Shown: positions 50,033 to 63,106, counted from the first letter of the stretch. The stretch: DNA of 64,000 bases from Bispira polyomma (GCA_965649765.1 OZ287749.1:62930001-62994000), one strand, 5' to 3'. Notes: a model not told the origin generated them from the letters alone. Program-made: numbers and translations.

Positions 50033-51160
50033 TAATTATGTCCACCCCAGTGGGGGGTGGACATATTATTTTTGCTTTTTCCGGTGTCCGCCGTCCACTG
50101 TCCGTCACGTTTGGTTTCCGGTCATTTCAAGGAAAGGTATTTATCCTATGTTTACCAAATTTGGTATGGGTGTTTATTGGGTTAATAGCTTGCATGGGAT
50201 TGCTTTTGGTGAAGATAGCTCCATAGCTAACTGAGTAATAGCTACTTACTTACTTTTATGTACTTCTTTTGTTTCTGGGCATTTTAAGGAAAAATATTTG
50301 ACATATCTTTACCAAATTTGGTATGACCAATAGTTAGGTCAATAGCTTGCTTGGGATTGCTTTTAATGATAATAGCTATATAACTGACTCAGCAATAGCT
50401 ACTTAGCTACTTTTAGTAGTAATAGCTACATAGCAAAAAATATAAATATGTCTATCTCCTAAACCGTGCGAGATAGAGTGATTTCATCGAAATTTTCGAC
50501 CCTCAGGGTATCTAAGCAATGTACCCTTGGCGAATTTGAAAAAAGTTTTCCTCTCCCCAAAAATGGCGGCCATTTTGATTTTTCGAATTTTTGCCAAAAA
50601 TGGAAAAACACAAATTTGCTTCTATCTCCTTAACCGTGCCAGATAGAGCGATTTCGTCGAGATTTTTGACCCACAAAGTATCTAAAAAATGTACTATAGG
50701 CAATTTTCAAAAAAATTTTGTCTCCCCAAAAATGGCGTCCATTTTGAATTTTCGAATTTTTGCCAAAACTGGAAAAACACAAATTTGCTTCTATCTCCTT
50801 AACCGTGCGAGATGAGCGATTTCGTTGAAATTTTAGACCCACAGGGTATCCAATCAATGTGCTCTTGGCAATTTTCAAAAATTTTTCCTCTCCCCAAAAA
50901 TGGCGGCCATTTTGATTTTTCGAATTTTTGCCAAAAATGGAAAAACACAAATTTGCTTCTATCTCCTTAACCGTGCGAGATAGAGTGATTTCGTCGAAAT
51001 TTACGACCCACAGGGTATCTAAAAAATGTACTATAGGCAATTTTCAAAAAATTTTCCTCTCCCCAAAAATGGCGACCATTTTGAATTTTCGAATTTTTGC
51101 CAAAACTGGAAAAACACAAATTTGCTTCTATCTCCTTAACCGTGCGAGATAGAGCAATTT
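50033..51160 (+). mobile_element. Second HINE-like element, 3'-truncated, with ~169-bp tandem array
   Basis: TATGTCCACCCC-agtgg-GGGGTGGACATA inverted pair, GTCC-rich tract, ACCAAATTTGGT motifs; units start near 50452, 50621, 50790, 50958 and 51127. Confidence 0.7.
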
Positions 51161-52486
51161 GTTATTACTCTCACACACTGCCCATCAATTGATTTCTTCT
51201 GAGCTTTCAAAGAATTCACGCATAGATTATACAATGAACAATAGCTTTTTCTTGATCTCGCCTGAGTAGACACACCACATACACCCTTCCTTTAGTGTAA
51301 ATAAAATATTAGAAAACTTGTGCACCCTTCTTTTGATACAAATAAAATAACATGAAATTTATGCACTATTCCTTTAATTTAAATAAATAAACTTATGAAA
51401 CTTATACATAAACCTGAAAAAAAAATAGACCGTAATCAATTGTAAATGTAGTTTATCATTACCTTACATCAGATTTTTATAAATAATAGTTAAATTATCT
51501 GTTGTGAAGAAATTTTGCAAAATTGATGGCCAGTTTTTCCACCCATCACTTTAGCTGATGGCCAATTTTCCTGATGGGATTTTTAGCTGATGGGATTCAC
51601 TTGATGGACAGTTTTCCTGATGGGCTTTTTTCAGGAATCTGTTACATGGTGTACACTACTAGGCAGTACTTGTGTAAATGTGTTATGTACCATTTAGTTA
51701 GACAGCATTTTGTCCCCCTTGCAATTTTGACTGCCGTTTTGTCCCCTCGGTATTTTGTCCGACGACATTTGGTCATGCAGTTGAAATAATTTACATGTAT
51801 ACTAATAAATTTTGGAGCATCGTTGATATATTTTACAAACAAAATATTCCTGTAAGACTACTGTGCAATTGTTCCAAAAGGTTCATGGGGTGGACATTGC
51901 ACATGCTAATGTGTGTTCTTCTATGCTATCCTGTTTCTTTTCATATGTTGCAGCTACTCTTAACAGAGCGTCCTATTTCTGGTTTAATTGAATAATCGCT
52001 CAATATATTGAAAGAATAAAACATATTATACTATTACATTATTTCTCTTAAGATCACTTGTTCATTCATAAAATATAAACTGAACAGAAAACAAATGAAA
52101 ATTCAGCCATTATTTGCTTTGTTTACACCCCAGCGGAAAACAGGAAATGAAAAATTTAACTAAACTGGGGGACTTTCTGTTTGTCACATGTATTAGAAAC
52201 AGTTCAAAAATGAAAATTTGTAACAACTAACAGAATGTATTTATTTGACTCTTATTTTACTTATTTCAATATATACCATCTTTTCATTGGGTAATATAAT
52301 ATGATAATATGTAGGATAAACTACATTTTAAAAGAATCAATATATCTTTAAAACTGATTTAAAACAAAATAATTATTGGCGACTATATGACTTGACATTT
52401 TTGCAGCCGTGACGTGCCTAAGGCATTCACACATGTACATAAAAAAACTGGATGATTGACGCAAGTGGTGGTCCTCTTCTATAGAA

Positions 52487-52655
52487 TCCTGGTCTCTGTG
52501 ACAGACTTAATATCTTTAAAACTTTTTTGGATCCTAGTTTCTGTGACAAAATCAATATCTTTAAAACTTTTTTGGGTCCTAGCCTCTGTGACAAACTTAA
52601 TATCTTTAAAACTTTTTTTGGTCCTAGTCTCTGTGACAAACTTAATATCTTTAAA
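52487..52655 (+). repeat. ~45-bp minisatellite, about 4 units
   Basis: TCCT(A/G)G.CTCTGTGACA.ACTTAATATCTTTAAAACTTTTTTGG repeated. Confidence 0.9.
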
Positions 52656-52831
52656 ATGTTTTTGAACATTAGTAAAGGTTTGTTGTTGTTGAACAGCTGA
52701 TGCTGCAATGATTGAAAATTTCCATAGAAGTACACATTTTTAAGTGCAGGGAACTTTTGTGAATTTATGTTGTTTGTGTCTCAGGGGTGACATGATTACG
52801 TATTGCATTTTGCATTTATGTTGTTTTGTAG

Positions 52832-52928
52832 AAAAAATACAGTTGCAAAGACTGTGGTAAGAATTACAAGACTGAGCAGAGTCTGAAAAAACACAGATGC
52901 AAGTCAGGCCTAAACAGTATTACCACAG
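52832..52928 (+). CDS. Gene 2 coding exon 2: single C2HC-type zinc finger (KKYSCKDCGKNYKTEQSLKKHRC)
   Basis: Acceptor ttgttttgtAG; donor CAG|GTAAGT; 97 nt, phase 0 to phase 1, which reconciles exon 1 (phase 0) with exon 3 (phase 1). Not in the ORF track. Confidence 0.85.
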
Positions 52929-53007
52929 GTAAGTAAGTTAATGGTAATAAAAGTGAAGCCGGTTGCAACCTCTTCCCATGGCACAGGGTGTCTGAAAATT
53001 AATTCAA

Positions 53008-53750
53008 TTATTATTATTATTATTATAGATTTTTAACGCGCTTTATTGATGCTAGGCATCTTCTAAAGCGCAACAGCAGAATCATTAGTCCAATCATTAA
53101 GTCCATGGAAATTGCAGAGTCGTAAGGAAGGAAGTGGGAGCGTGCACGAGGAAAGCTAAGGTGGGTAGGCAAGATTAAAAAGATAGGTTTTAAGCTTTTT
53201 CCTAAAACCGATAAGTGTGTCAACTGATCTGAGGTCAACTGGGAGACTGTTCCATAACCGTGGGGCTGCGGTGGAGAACGCTCTGAAACCCGCCTTTCTG
53301 ATTGGTCTGACCGAAGTGACAGAGAGTCTGTTGCCTCTCTTGCGGTTACTAAAGGAAAGAAGGGAGGCAAGGTAGGGTGGCTGTTGAGTGATTACAGCCT
53401 TAAAATTGGTAACGTGAATTTTAAACAAAATTCGAGATTTAATGGGCAACCAGTGTAATTTTTTGAGGTAAGGAGTAACGTCTGTGCGACAACCCAGGCG
53501 AAAAATGACCCTACATAGGTAGTTTTGGATGGACTGGAGCTTTTTAATGTTTGACTTATTTGCTTCGTACAAGAGAGAATTGCAGTAGTCGAGGCGGCTA
53601 CTTACAAGGGCATTTGCCACAATTATCGCTGTTGTCCATGGACAAGTGGTTTCTGATTCTTTTGATGTCGCGTATGTGGTAATAGCAGGAGCGACAGATG
53701 TTGGCAACATGAGTATCGAACGAAAAAGCTGAATCAAAAGTGACACCCAG
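53008..53750 (-). mobile_element. 3' fragment of the same L2-type LINE with (TAA)n tail, in intron 2 of gene 2
   Basis: ORF 53156..53746: ANALVSSRLDYCNSLL...LHWLPIKSRILFK...APRLWNSLP...FRKKLKTYLF; (ATT)n at 53008-53025 is the minus-strand tail. Confidence 0.92.
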
Positions 53751-54422
53751 GTGGCCAGGACCTAGCCATTGTCCACGGGAGCCGTGCTCCCCAAACATTT
53801 TTAATTTAGTATATTGGCTCACATTCATATTTATTATAGGTAAACATGTTGCCATATGAATAAGACTGAAAACTGAATGATAAGTGTTAAAGCTGCGGCG
53901 ATCAGTTGAGAGATCGATGCATTAGTCGACTGACAAATACAGTGATGATTAGTTAAGAGATCAATGCATCAGTCGACTATGACAAATACAGTGATGATTA
54001 GTTGAGAGATAAGTAAAATTTTGATGCTAGACATGGGAATAAATTGAATATAAATATGGGGGAGTGAAATTGAGTTCGTAAAATTGAGTGATAGTTTGAT
54101 AATAGAAGTTAGGATACTAGAGGTTTAGAAATTAAGTTAGTAACAGTGTAATCCAGTTAAACTAACCATTAGGCATGGCAGTTTTCATCAGTACGTGTTA
54201 CTCTCTATACTAATAGATGTGAGCAAAATATATGGATAATAAGAGTTCCAGATAACGGAGGTTTCTGGGCTTATATTCACAAAGATTCTTTGTCTTAAAT
54301 TGTTTGTCTCAACCAATATGATTGGCTTTGAGAATTTGATTGGCTGAGACTAAGAAAATTCTTAAAAAATGGTATTCTGAATTTCTGTTTCTGTTGGTTA
54401 ATTGTGGCCTCAGTATAAAGTG

Positions 54423-54603
54423 CAGTGGAACCCTGTTGACATGTTAAATTGAATCTAAAGGGACCATAAAATTGTTTCTACTTAACAGGAATTCTACTTA
54501 ACAGGGTGAATTTTAATTATAAATAGAGCAATGGGACCTTAAACTAACTTCTTTTTAACAAGTAATGCCACTTATCAGAGTTCTACTTAAAGGGGTTTGA
54601 CTG
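54423..54603. mobile_element. CAGT-terminus MITE; second copy at 58043-58215
   Basis: CAGTGGAACCCTGTT...GGGACCATAAAA...TTCTACTTAACAGGGTG...GGGGTTTGACTG|TA is shared by both copies. Confidence 0.75.
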
Positions 54604-54670
54604 TAATAGCATTGTACTATCCACATAGCGGTAACCATCATTCTGTGTTAATCTCTTTATACTACTATAG

Positions 54671-55233
54671 ATGTGACTGGCTGCGAGAGCACACAACCAC
54701 TTGACTTGACTGTAGGCCGTCCAGAGGAGGGAGAATTTGACGACAGCTTCGACTCCAACTTGCTGTGCATTGACCAAGATCACGATACAGAGCTGATCCT
54801 GGACGACAGCTTGGGGTCCCTGGAGCAGTACACGTGTATCTGTAGTCGGGCGTTCTCCGACTACTCCGTCTACACCGATCATGTGGCCAACTGCCACAAG
54901 GCCCGCCTCACCCCGTACAAGGCGTGCGAGATCTGCGGCAAGTACTTCTTCTCCAACTCTGGCTACGTGAAGCACAAACGCCTCCACCTGGGTGCCTACA
55001 AGTTCCACTGTGATATCTGCCATAAGGGGTTCTTTGACCGCACCCACATGCGGGCCCACATGGACAGCAGCCACTCCAAGGTGCGCCGCTACGAGTGCAA
55101 GCACTGCAGCAAGAGTTTCTTCTGGAAACACCACCTGAAGCGCCACCTAGGCACCTGCGACCAGGCCCGCAGGCACTCCTCCTCAATGGTGGTGGAGGAG
55201 TCTGGTGCCCAACTTGATAGCTTACAAAGCTAG
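54671..55233 (+). CDS. Gene 2 terminal coding exon: PLDLT motif plus four zinc fingers (atypical CxC..HC, two C2H2, terminal C2HC)
   Basis: Acceptor actactatAG|AT (phase 1); CEICGKYF...HKRLH, CDICHKGF...HMDSSH, CKHCSKSF...HLGTC; stop TAG at 55231-33. Confidence 0.92.
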
Positions 55234-56599
55234 GTTGGGTACCCACAGTGTCTGCTGGAATCTAGGGGTGATATATAATTGTTTTGTTTTATGTTAGCTG
55301 ACAAAGTCACTTTAAAAATGTATTCGAATGGATTAACCCTAACCCTAAAATAAAGAGGGGACGTCAATTCGGATCTGACATTTAATTATTTCATTGTCCA
55401 TTTGCCCGGGTGTCAATTACGGTAAAATATGGTATTTTGATATTCCCTTTCAGCTTTAATGAGATCATTGGTGTTTTGGCACATAGCTAGCCTTGGCTAT
55501 GCGTGTGATAAAGAAGGTATTAATAAATGTAACAGTTTCAATAGGCTGTGTGGGTGTGGTAAAAGGAGTAATCTCCAATAGACCATGTCATATTATAGGA
55601 CAATTAATTAAATTCCGCAGTCCGCAATTAAAAGCAGTACATGTGTCTTGATTGAAGGTCAAACTTTGGTCATAAAGGACAGTTTGTTATCTTTGTGGGA
55701 TGTTTCAAATTGTTTTGAGTTTAAGAAAACTTGGTAGAATTTCACTATATAGGGCCTAGAAAAGTTACTAAAAAGGTTTGTACTTGGCAGCCGCCTATTC
55801 TATTCAAATAGATTGTATGTATCATTTTTTTTCACACATTGGGAGGCTGACAGTGTGCCCATTCAGGAACTCCGTTCTTGTTGATGAAAATTGTGATTCA
55901 GTTTAGGAATAATTTTGCACTACTCTTTTTGCCTTCGCTATTTCTGACAACCATTTTGTATGAGCTTTTGTCAGCCTTTTGTAATTATCTAATAGTTAAT
56001 ATGATATGGTACGCCAGTTCAACTGTCATTTTTATGTAAATTTCTAATGTTATTCTGTACAACAGCACAAAAGTCTTCGGATTGCAGTTTTTCCTTTAAT
56101 CATGCTGTAACATTTTCAGGAGAAACAAATGATGAATCAACAAATCTTCTAAAATATAATTTTTGAAGTTACATATGTATATGTTAGTTTAATTTGAACA
56201 TGGTTCAAATGAAAAAGGATGGCAAATGTGCAGCTTTTTTTTTGTACGTGGTTTTTACACGCATACAAATAAAATAGTTCACTTCTTAATTGCTAAACTA
56301 TGTCTTTCATGTCCATTGGTTTTTTTTCTTCTGATTTTCTTGTGTTTAGTGATGCTTTTCTTAACATTTATAAATCACTGTAAATCTTCCATTCTTTAAC
56401 TGGCTGAAAACCAAAATTGCTGGGTTGGGTCTTTTCTTACCACCCTATTACATTTGCCCTATTGATATTAGAAGTTTTTTTACTTCTCATTATAAAAATG
56501 TAGTTTAATACATAATCCTTACAAAAATATGTAATAATTTGATTGATTTATGTCCATAAAATATGGTTGTGTTGTAAAGTCTACTCTGAGTAGATTCTA

Positions 56600-56823
56600 G
56601 AGTGAGGAATCTATAATTGGCCACTGTATCTGAAATCCGCCACCCGAAAAATGTTGTGTTTTTGGTAGAATTGTGGGTAATATTTGCTGAAATCGAGATT
56701 TTTCTGTCTATTTTGCCATAGTTACCCAAATTCCAGTTATATTTCGCCAGTTTTTATTTATTTAGCCTAAATTTTAGGGGTGGCGAATTTCAGATACGGT
56801 GGCGAATTTTAGATTTCTTACTC
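56600..56823. mobile_element. Tc1/mariner-pogo-type MITE (TA TSD, ~46-bp TIR); older copies at ~41275-41490 and ~46458-46673
   Basis: TA|GAGTGAGGAATCTATAATTGGCCACTGTATCTGAAATCCGCCACCC ... GGGTGGCGAATTTCAGATACGGTGGCGAATTTTAGATTTCTTACTC|TA. Confidence 0.8.
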
Positions 56824-59800
56824 TATCCTCTTGTGTTTTTTGTGTTTTTTGCATTAAAATGTATTGGTCTTGTGTCTTCTACAAGATATTGCTACTGCTC
56901 CTGCTTTTTGTACATGCCTTGTGCTTATATTTTGGGGGGTGTGTGTTATGGCATATAAATATGTATATATAAATACCAATTATAAAATTTTCACATGGTT
57001 TGTCTCAAGAGTCGGAATAATTTTGACTGACTCCCACATTTTAAAAATGTGGATATTTGGTATATATAATATATATCTATATATAGAATTGTGCGTTTGA
57101 GAAATTATACAATAACAAAGCTTGGCTTACTCTTTTACATTGGTTATATTATTTTTTATTTTTGTTTGATTTTTCTTAGGCTTTAAAATGCTGTGTTTGT
57201 TAACGGATTCTCCTTTCTATATATAAACCTTGAACAATGCGTGTGTAGTGCTATATATAGCCTAATTCAGTGGAAAAATTCACACTTTAAATTGATTTGA
57301 TCTAATTTTCACTCAACTCGGTCAAAAGAATATAATATTGGTAACATAGACGTTTCTTGTAATATTTTTTTGTTTTTTTTTTTGTTCAGAAAATGTGTTA
57401 GCAGAGAATATATTGATTTGATTGGTGTATTTATTGTCAATTTAGTGTGAGACAACAGGATTTTCTTTTTATCCGCAATATAGTGTATGATTCATATTTT
57501 AAACATGGCCATGGTGGTCTAAAAGGATCATAAAATTTCAATAAATTAAGGACGTGAAACTGTATTAAATAAAGCAGCTTAGGCAACTAAAATAACTGGT
57601 AATTAGCTATCGTACCAAATGGATATTTTTCTTATCAATATCCCTATATATTTTTCCGCAGTTGGATTGATCGATATTGAAATATCAGAATTTGGTTTGC
57701 TTCAAACGTTTAAACATTTAGTATGTAACGATAACCTACATACCACTTCCTGTAAACATGGCGGTAAACGAACTATAATAACAAGTATTACAAGAAACGT
57801 CTCTGTTACCTATATTATATTCTTTTTAATTGAATCGAGTATTACATTTTTAACATTGACTATTTATGGCTGTAAATATAAACAAAGTAGAACAAATTGC
57901 TTTATTTAGCAATTAAACTACATAAAATGACATAAAAATGTCAAAATATTTTATTATTTATAGTTAGGAAAGGCATTTTTTCGATATTTTTGTATCATCC
58001 AACAGTTTTGATATCGGCTCTTTGGTCAAAGTTTAACAAATACAGTGGAACCCTGTTAAGTCAAATCTGAAGGGACCATAAAAACTTGTTCTTCTTAACA
58101 GAACTTCTACTTAACAGGGTGAAATTGAATTAGTAATATAGAAATGAGACCTCAAAAAAACTCGCAATTAACAGGTAATTCACTTACCAGAGTTCTACTT
58201 GAAGGGGTTTGACTGTATTACGATCTTGATGTACAAAACCATACCTGCTGGTAATATTTCCCCTAGTTTACTGAAATGGTGGTGTATCATGTATGTAGAG
58301 GGAATCATTTGTGTTTTACGTCAAGTTAATGACCATAGCCTATGGTATCACACATATGCACAAATATTAGGTATCATTTGATAATGTGCTTTGTTCTTTA
58401 GTTCCGACTGTCATTTTGATACGTAAGTGTTATTGTGATTTTTTTTTCTTTTCTGTAAAATGAACCGGTGAATTTTTAATGTTATCTTGTCATATATAGA
58501 TGTATTTCTTTTGTGGTTAAATATGTTCTTTTTAAAATGAAAAAAAAAATGTGTTTATGTACAGATAGATATAATATATATATTTACTACATAGTGAGGG
58601 AAAAATACTGTGATATGTTACAAGTCAGAATATGTATATTATATATATATATGCATGTCTAGATGTGTAGGTTAAATATGATATGCACTTCAAGTGACCA
58701 AACTGATTTGTAAATGACGGAATGTTCATATAACAATTCTCTATATTTTTCTATACGCATGTGTACAACACACAAAAAATACAATACACTTGCTGTCAAG
58801 TCCCGGCCTCTTAAGGTTTGCAGAGTAAAAATGTGCTCATAAAAGGCAATATTCGGATAATGGAAGGTTGGATAATGGAGGTTCTACTGTATTAGTCTAT
58901 ATCAGTAGAATTGTATCAGCGGAATTTGGGTCCTGTCAGTGGTCATCTAAAGAATCATAAGGAAAGCCAACCTGAGTTTTGGCAAGCCAATTAAAAGTTG
59001 GGTTCAGTTATGGAGCTGTAGTTCTAGTTAATTAGGCAGTATATTCTATGTAAGGAAAGTTTAAACAAACATAACAAATTTTAACTATAAAACATACACA
59101 TTTTCGAGTCCCTGAATCGTTAGTTTTACTTGGGTTTCCTAACAATTTGTGCCTGTTATCGTGTAACCAAGAGCCCTGTCACATCCTAAGAGTACAATTC
59201 TGCTCTCTCTTAAGCTTTAAATGCAAACTAAAAACCCATTTTTTTTAACCAAGCCTACCCTACATAGTATTTTCTCCTGTATGCCACCTCCCTTGACAAT
59301 GACCTGGTTATCCAGTAGGAATCGGTGTATTATCACCTCACTGTTGATGATGTTGTACTTTACAAGATGCCTGGCATCGATTGGCTATGTTAAAAAAAAA
59401 CACAATATTACTATTTAGACTTGTGTTGACACATGTCTTTATTTTTAAAATCCAAGTTTAGAATAGGCTAATTAAAGGAAAATAAAATTACAGTAGAACC
59501 TCTATTTGAAGAGCAAGATTTTGCTTATGGGTTAAAAGAAGGTTGAACGAGAAGCGAAATTTCAGTATAAAACAATAAGGAAAATGTAAAATTAAAAGAG
59601 TGAAGGTTTTTATATAATTGAATATTTAGATAACAAAAGTAGGGATAGTCATAATAGTAGAAGTTCTACTGTGTTAGGGATTTGACAGTATGGTTGCGAA
59701 AGCATGTTTTAGGATGGGGTCAGTTAATATACAGAATCTATTTGGTGTAAGCTGTTACATAGTGCTAGTAGGTTTTTTTTTTTTTCTAGTTTTCGTTTGT

Positions 59801-60378
59801 TTCTATAGAAATGTGGAATTTGTACGGATCTCACACATTTTACAGTTGTTCTGCAAATTTAATTTTTCAGATAAAGTACTTTTATTTATATGACAGACTA
59901 GTACTGAGAGTCTCTTTGTTACCTCTTATATGTTTCTTTATTATCGATTGAACAATTTAGTGCGTAGACATTTATTTGAAATCAGCAGGTTGACAAAGTG
60001 ACGTAAGTTTGAACAGTGTTTTCTCTTTTTTTGGAAATAACTTGTATTGTTTCTGCTGCAAAATACGGATTACTGAAACAATTGAAGTCTAGGAAATAGT
60101 AGTAAAATACTGGGCAACATGTTTTTTTTATGCAGGTTTGCAAAATCTTTTTTATATTTTTTTTAGCACACGTATTCTGCAGTCCTATTCGAAATATTCA
60201 AAATACAGTGGAACCTCTATTATTCAAACACCTTGGGAGAATGAGATTTTGCTCCGATAATAAAATAAGTTCATAATAATAGAATAGTCATTTCAATATA
60301 AAAGCCAATTAAGCCATAGGAAAAATGTATGTTTCATTGAGCGAAATCATGTCCCTAAAAATTAATAATCGGATATAA

Positions 60379-61021
60379 AGGTCAAGACACACACAGCCGA
60401 ATCCGGATGCGGATCCGGATCGCTGATCCAGTTGTACATCATGGACACTGTAGGGGGACACACTGAGCCGAATCCGGATGCGGATCTATAGATCCCACCC
60501 AAATTTTTTTTACACAGATTTTTTTTCTAAATCCACCACGGATATATTCAGCGGATTTCCAAAGACATGTATATTTTTGGAGAAATTGTTGGGGCCTGCC
60601 GAAATTTACTGTTTTGACAGTCAGTTAAATAAATACATATAGTCAGTGAAAAAAAAGTAGTGACAGTTGTTTAACATATTTTTTTCTGGCAGTGTAATGT
60701 ATCCTCAATGTCTATGTTTACACACAGTATGCAAGTTTAAGTGTGTTTATATATCAGTTCTATGTTTTAACATAAACAACAAATGCACATACCTTGAAAG
60801 ATGTAAATAAGAAGAAAATAGTAAATCTACTGACAGACTATCGTTGATGATATATATATTTTCATCATTTTTGTAGTAAATTTACACAAAAAAACATCTT
60901 CATTACACATGATCCGGCTGAATTATTCGTCTTGGTATGGCTACAAAAAAGATAAATCCCATATGGGATTTCAATCCCATTCCGAAATAAAATCCGGATA
61001 CGGCCGTGTGTGTTTAGACCT
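60379..61021. mobile_element. PIF/Harbinger-type MITE nested in a CAGT-type MITE
   Basis: TIR AGGTCAAGACACACACAGCCGAATCCGGAT versus AGGTCTAAACACACACGGCCGTATCCGGAT; TAA TSD at 60376-78 and 61022-24. Confidence 0.8.
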
Positions 61022-63074
61022 TAAGAAGTTTGGATAATAGAGGTTCTGCTCTGATTAGAATATCCTCCTTTGTCCATAATCATAATTATGTTACACTCTT
61101 AAAAACAATTATTTTTTATTGTTCAGAAAATGTAAGTGCTTTCAACTGCTAGAACTAGCATTTAATGCTTGTTTAACAAGTCTTTTTTTAGTAAGGACTT
61201 AATTTTGTAAAAAATAATGGGTTTCTCTCTTTAGTTGACACAATACTTTGTGCATTTAACAAAAACATCTCAAAAACATGCCAAACCAAGACTATGGTTG
61301 AAACCCTTTAAGTGGGAACATCTAGGAAACAAGAAATACCTGTACTTTAGTAGGATTTCTACTTAGTTGGATGGATGTGAAAGCAAAGTGCCTTTGTGGA
61401 ACTATAAGTTTTCTCCATATGACAGGGTTCTAGTTAAAATGGATTGGACTGTATTGAAATCAAATGGGATGTAGTTCATTGAAGCCGTATTAGATATGGG
61501 CTTATTTTTTTTATGGTTAAACAAATTTTGAGAATTTTTGAAATTCTTAAAATTATAAAAAAAAAGATATTTGACACATTTAACTAATTTTTATCTAGTA
61601 TGTTGACATAGTAATGGCTTGGGTTTGACCTAATAAAATAATAGCCATTTATTTGATAAAAATAAAATACACCCAGTGTACTAAAGTGTATGTTTCAAGT
61701 TATACTTGCCTGGTCAAAGAAACCGATCTATTATTGATATTCTAAACAGTTAAAAACTTTCAAATAAAAAATTACATGGTAATTATTTTGATGTTTATTT
61801 TGATGTACAAATTTATTTGTGGTTGATTGTTTCAGAATAATTATAAATACATAATAGTCCAAAGTAGGAGAGATGGTTGATGAAGTTGTGTACAGCAAGG
61901 TTATTTTTGAGGGTGATAGCAGCACCAGAGATCCGACTGTGTACGATGGAGACCCTGAGTCCTTGGTAACAGGCTTTAAAAAAAGTTCAAAAATGTTATC
62001 AAGACTATTTAAAAAACTCCTGACACTTGGTTTACATTAAAATGATTCCCCAACTTTGTTAATCTTCTATTATCCAAACAATTTGTAGCATTCAAAAAAC
62101 ATGTTCAGATAATAGAAATTCTTGTGTCATTAAAGTCATTCGTAAAAATACCAGCCAAAATTGGCACATAGTCAGTAGTGATATATGGTTACTGTAAGTT
62201 TCTTTGACAATGAAAATCGTGTTTCTTGAATTGTGCTTTTTTTTCATTTTTTATTTAATTTTGGTTTTGCAATCAATAAGTTGGTTATTTTGTTGTTTGA
62301 CAGCATGTTGGATCAATACGGACTGTGTTTTGTACAGTTTTGTGTTTGTAATTTAATAAAATATTATATATTTGAATAAATCATCATTGTTTACAAGTGT
62401 ACATGGAAAGTAAGGTACCGAGATAGACAAAGTCTATGTATTTGTAAACTCAATTAAATTAAATGCTATGAAATAGCAGGTTGTAATCAAATTATAAAAA
62501 AGTAGTTAATGAATACATTCAGGCTATTATAAACAAGTTAGCGAATGATCAACACAGATGAGCAATTTTTATCCTATCATTGTAAACATGATTGCCTATT
62601 TCATTAACTGTATTGGAGAAAGTTTGTATTACTTTTTAATCGCCACATAGGTTTATAAATGATGCAATTTCTGACCCAAATGAAGAATAAAAATTAACAT
62701 TAGATTGAAAACATAAAAAAATGTGTCATAAGGCAACTCTACAGTATTTGCAGTTCCAAGAAAATGTTTCTTTTTGGGAGCTTATTAATTAGTTTATAGT
62801 ATGACTGTTTTAATGTGTATTTTATACCATTTTATTTATTAATGTTAAAAGTAATTTCAGACTGCATATATGTATGTGGCACTTAATAATTGTTGATACT
62901 GTACAATAAACAAAAATTGATAAAATTTGTAGAAATGTAAATGTTATTAAGTTTTAAAACAGTTTATGATTGCTCAATTCATCTTGGCATTGTCAAGTAC
63001 TGTTTGTTCGTCAAATTGTCTGTAATGTGTGCTTTTGTTCATCGTCTTTTACAACAGAAATGTTGTTCACAGAG

Positions 63075-63106
<32 letters not shown>

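Noticed and set aside
50512-51152. Repeated ORFs (MPKMEKHKFASISLTV..., MPIVHFLDTLWV...)
   Set aside because: Translations of the tandem satellite units, not genes.
52487-52655. CRISPR-like periodic repeat
   Set aside because: Units are contiguous with no unique spacers, there are no cas genes, and the context is a eukaryotic intron.
49162-54671. Direct splice of gene 2 exon 1 to the terminal finger exon
   Set aside because: Phase mismatch (0 versus 1); resolved by the 97-nt exon at 52832-52928.
54583-55246. Minus-strand ORFs of 187 and 112 aa
   Set aside because: Antisense shadows of the GC-rich zinc-finger exon; no independent motifs.
55334-55348. TAACCCTAACCCTAA telomere-like repeat
   Set aside because: Only about 2.5 units; too short to call an interstitial telomere.
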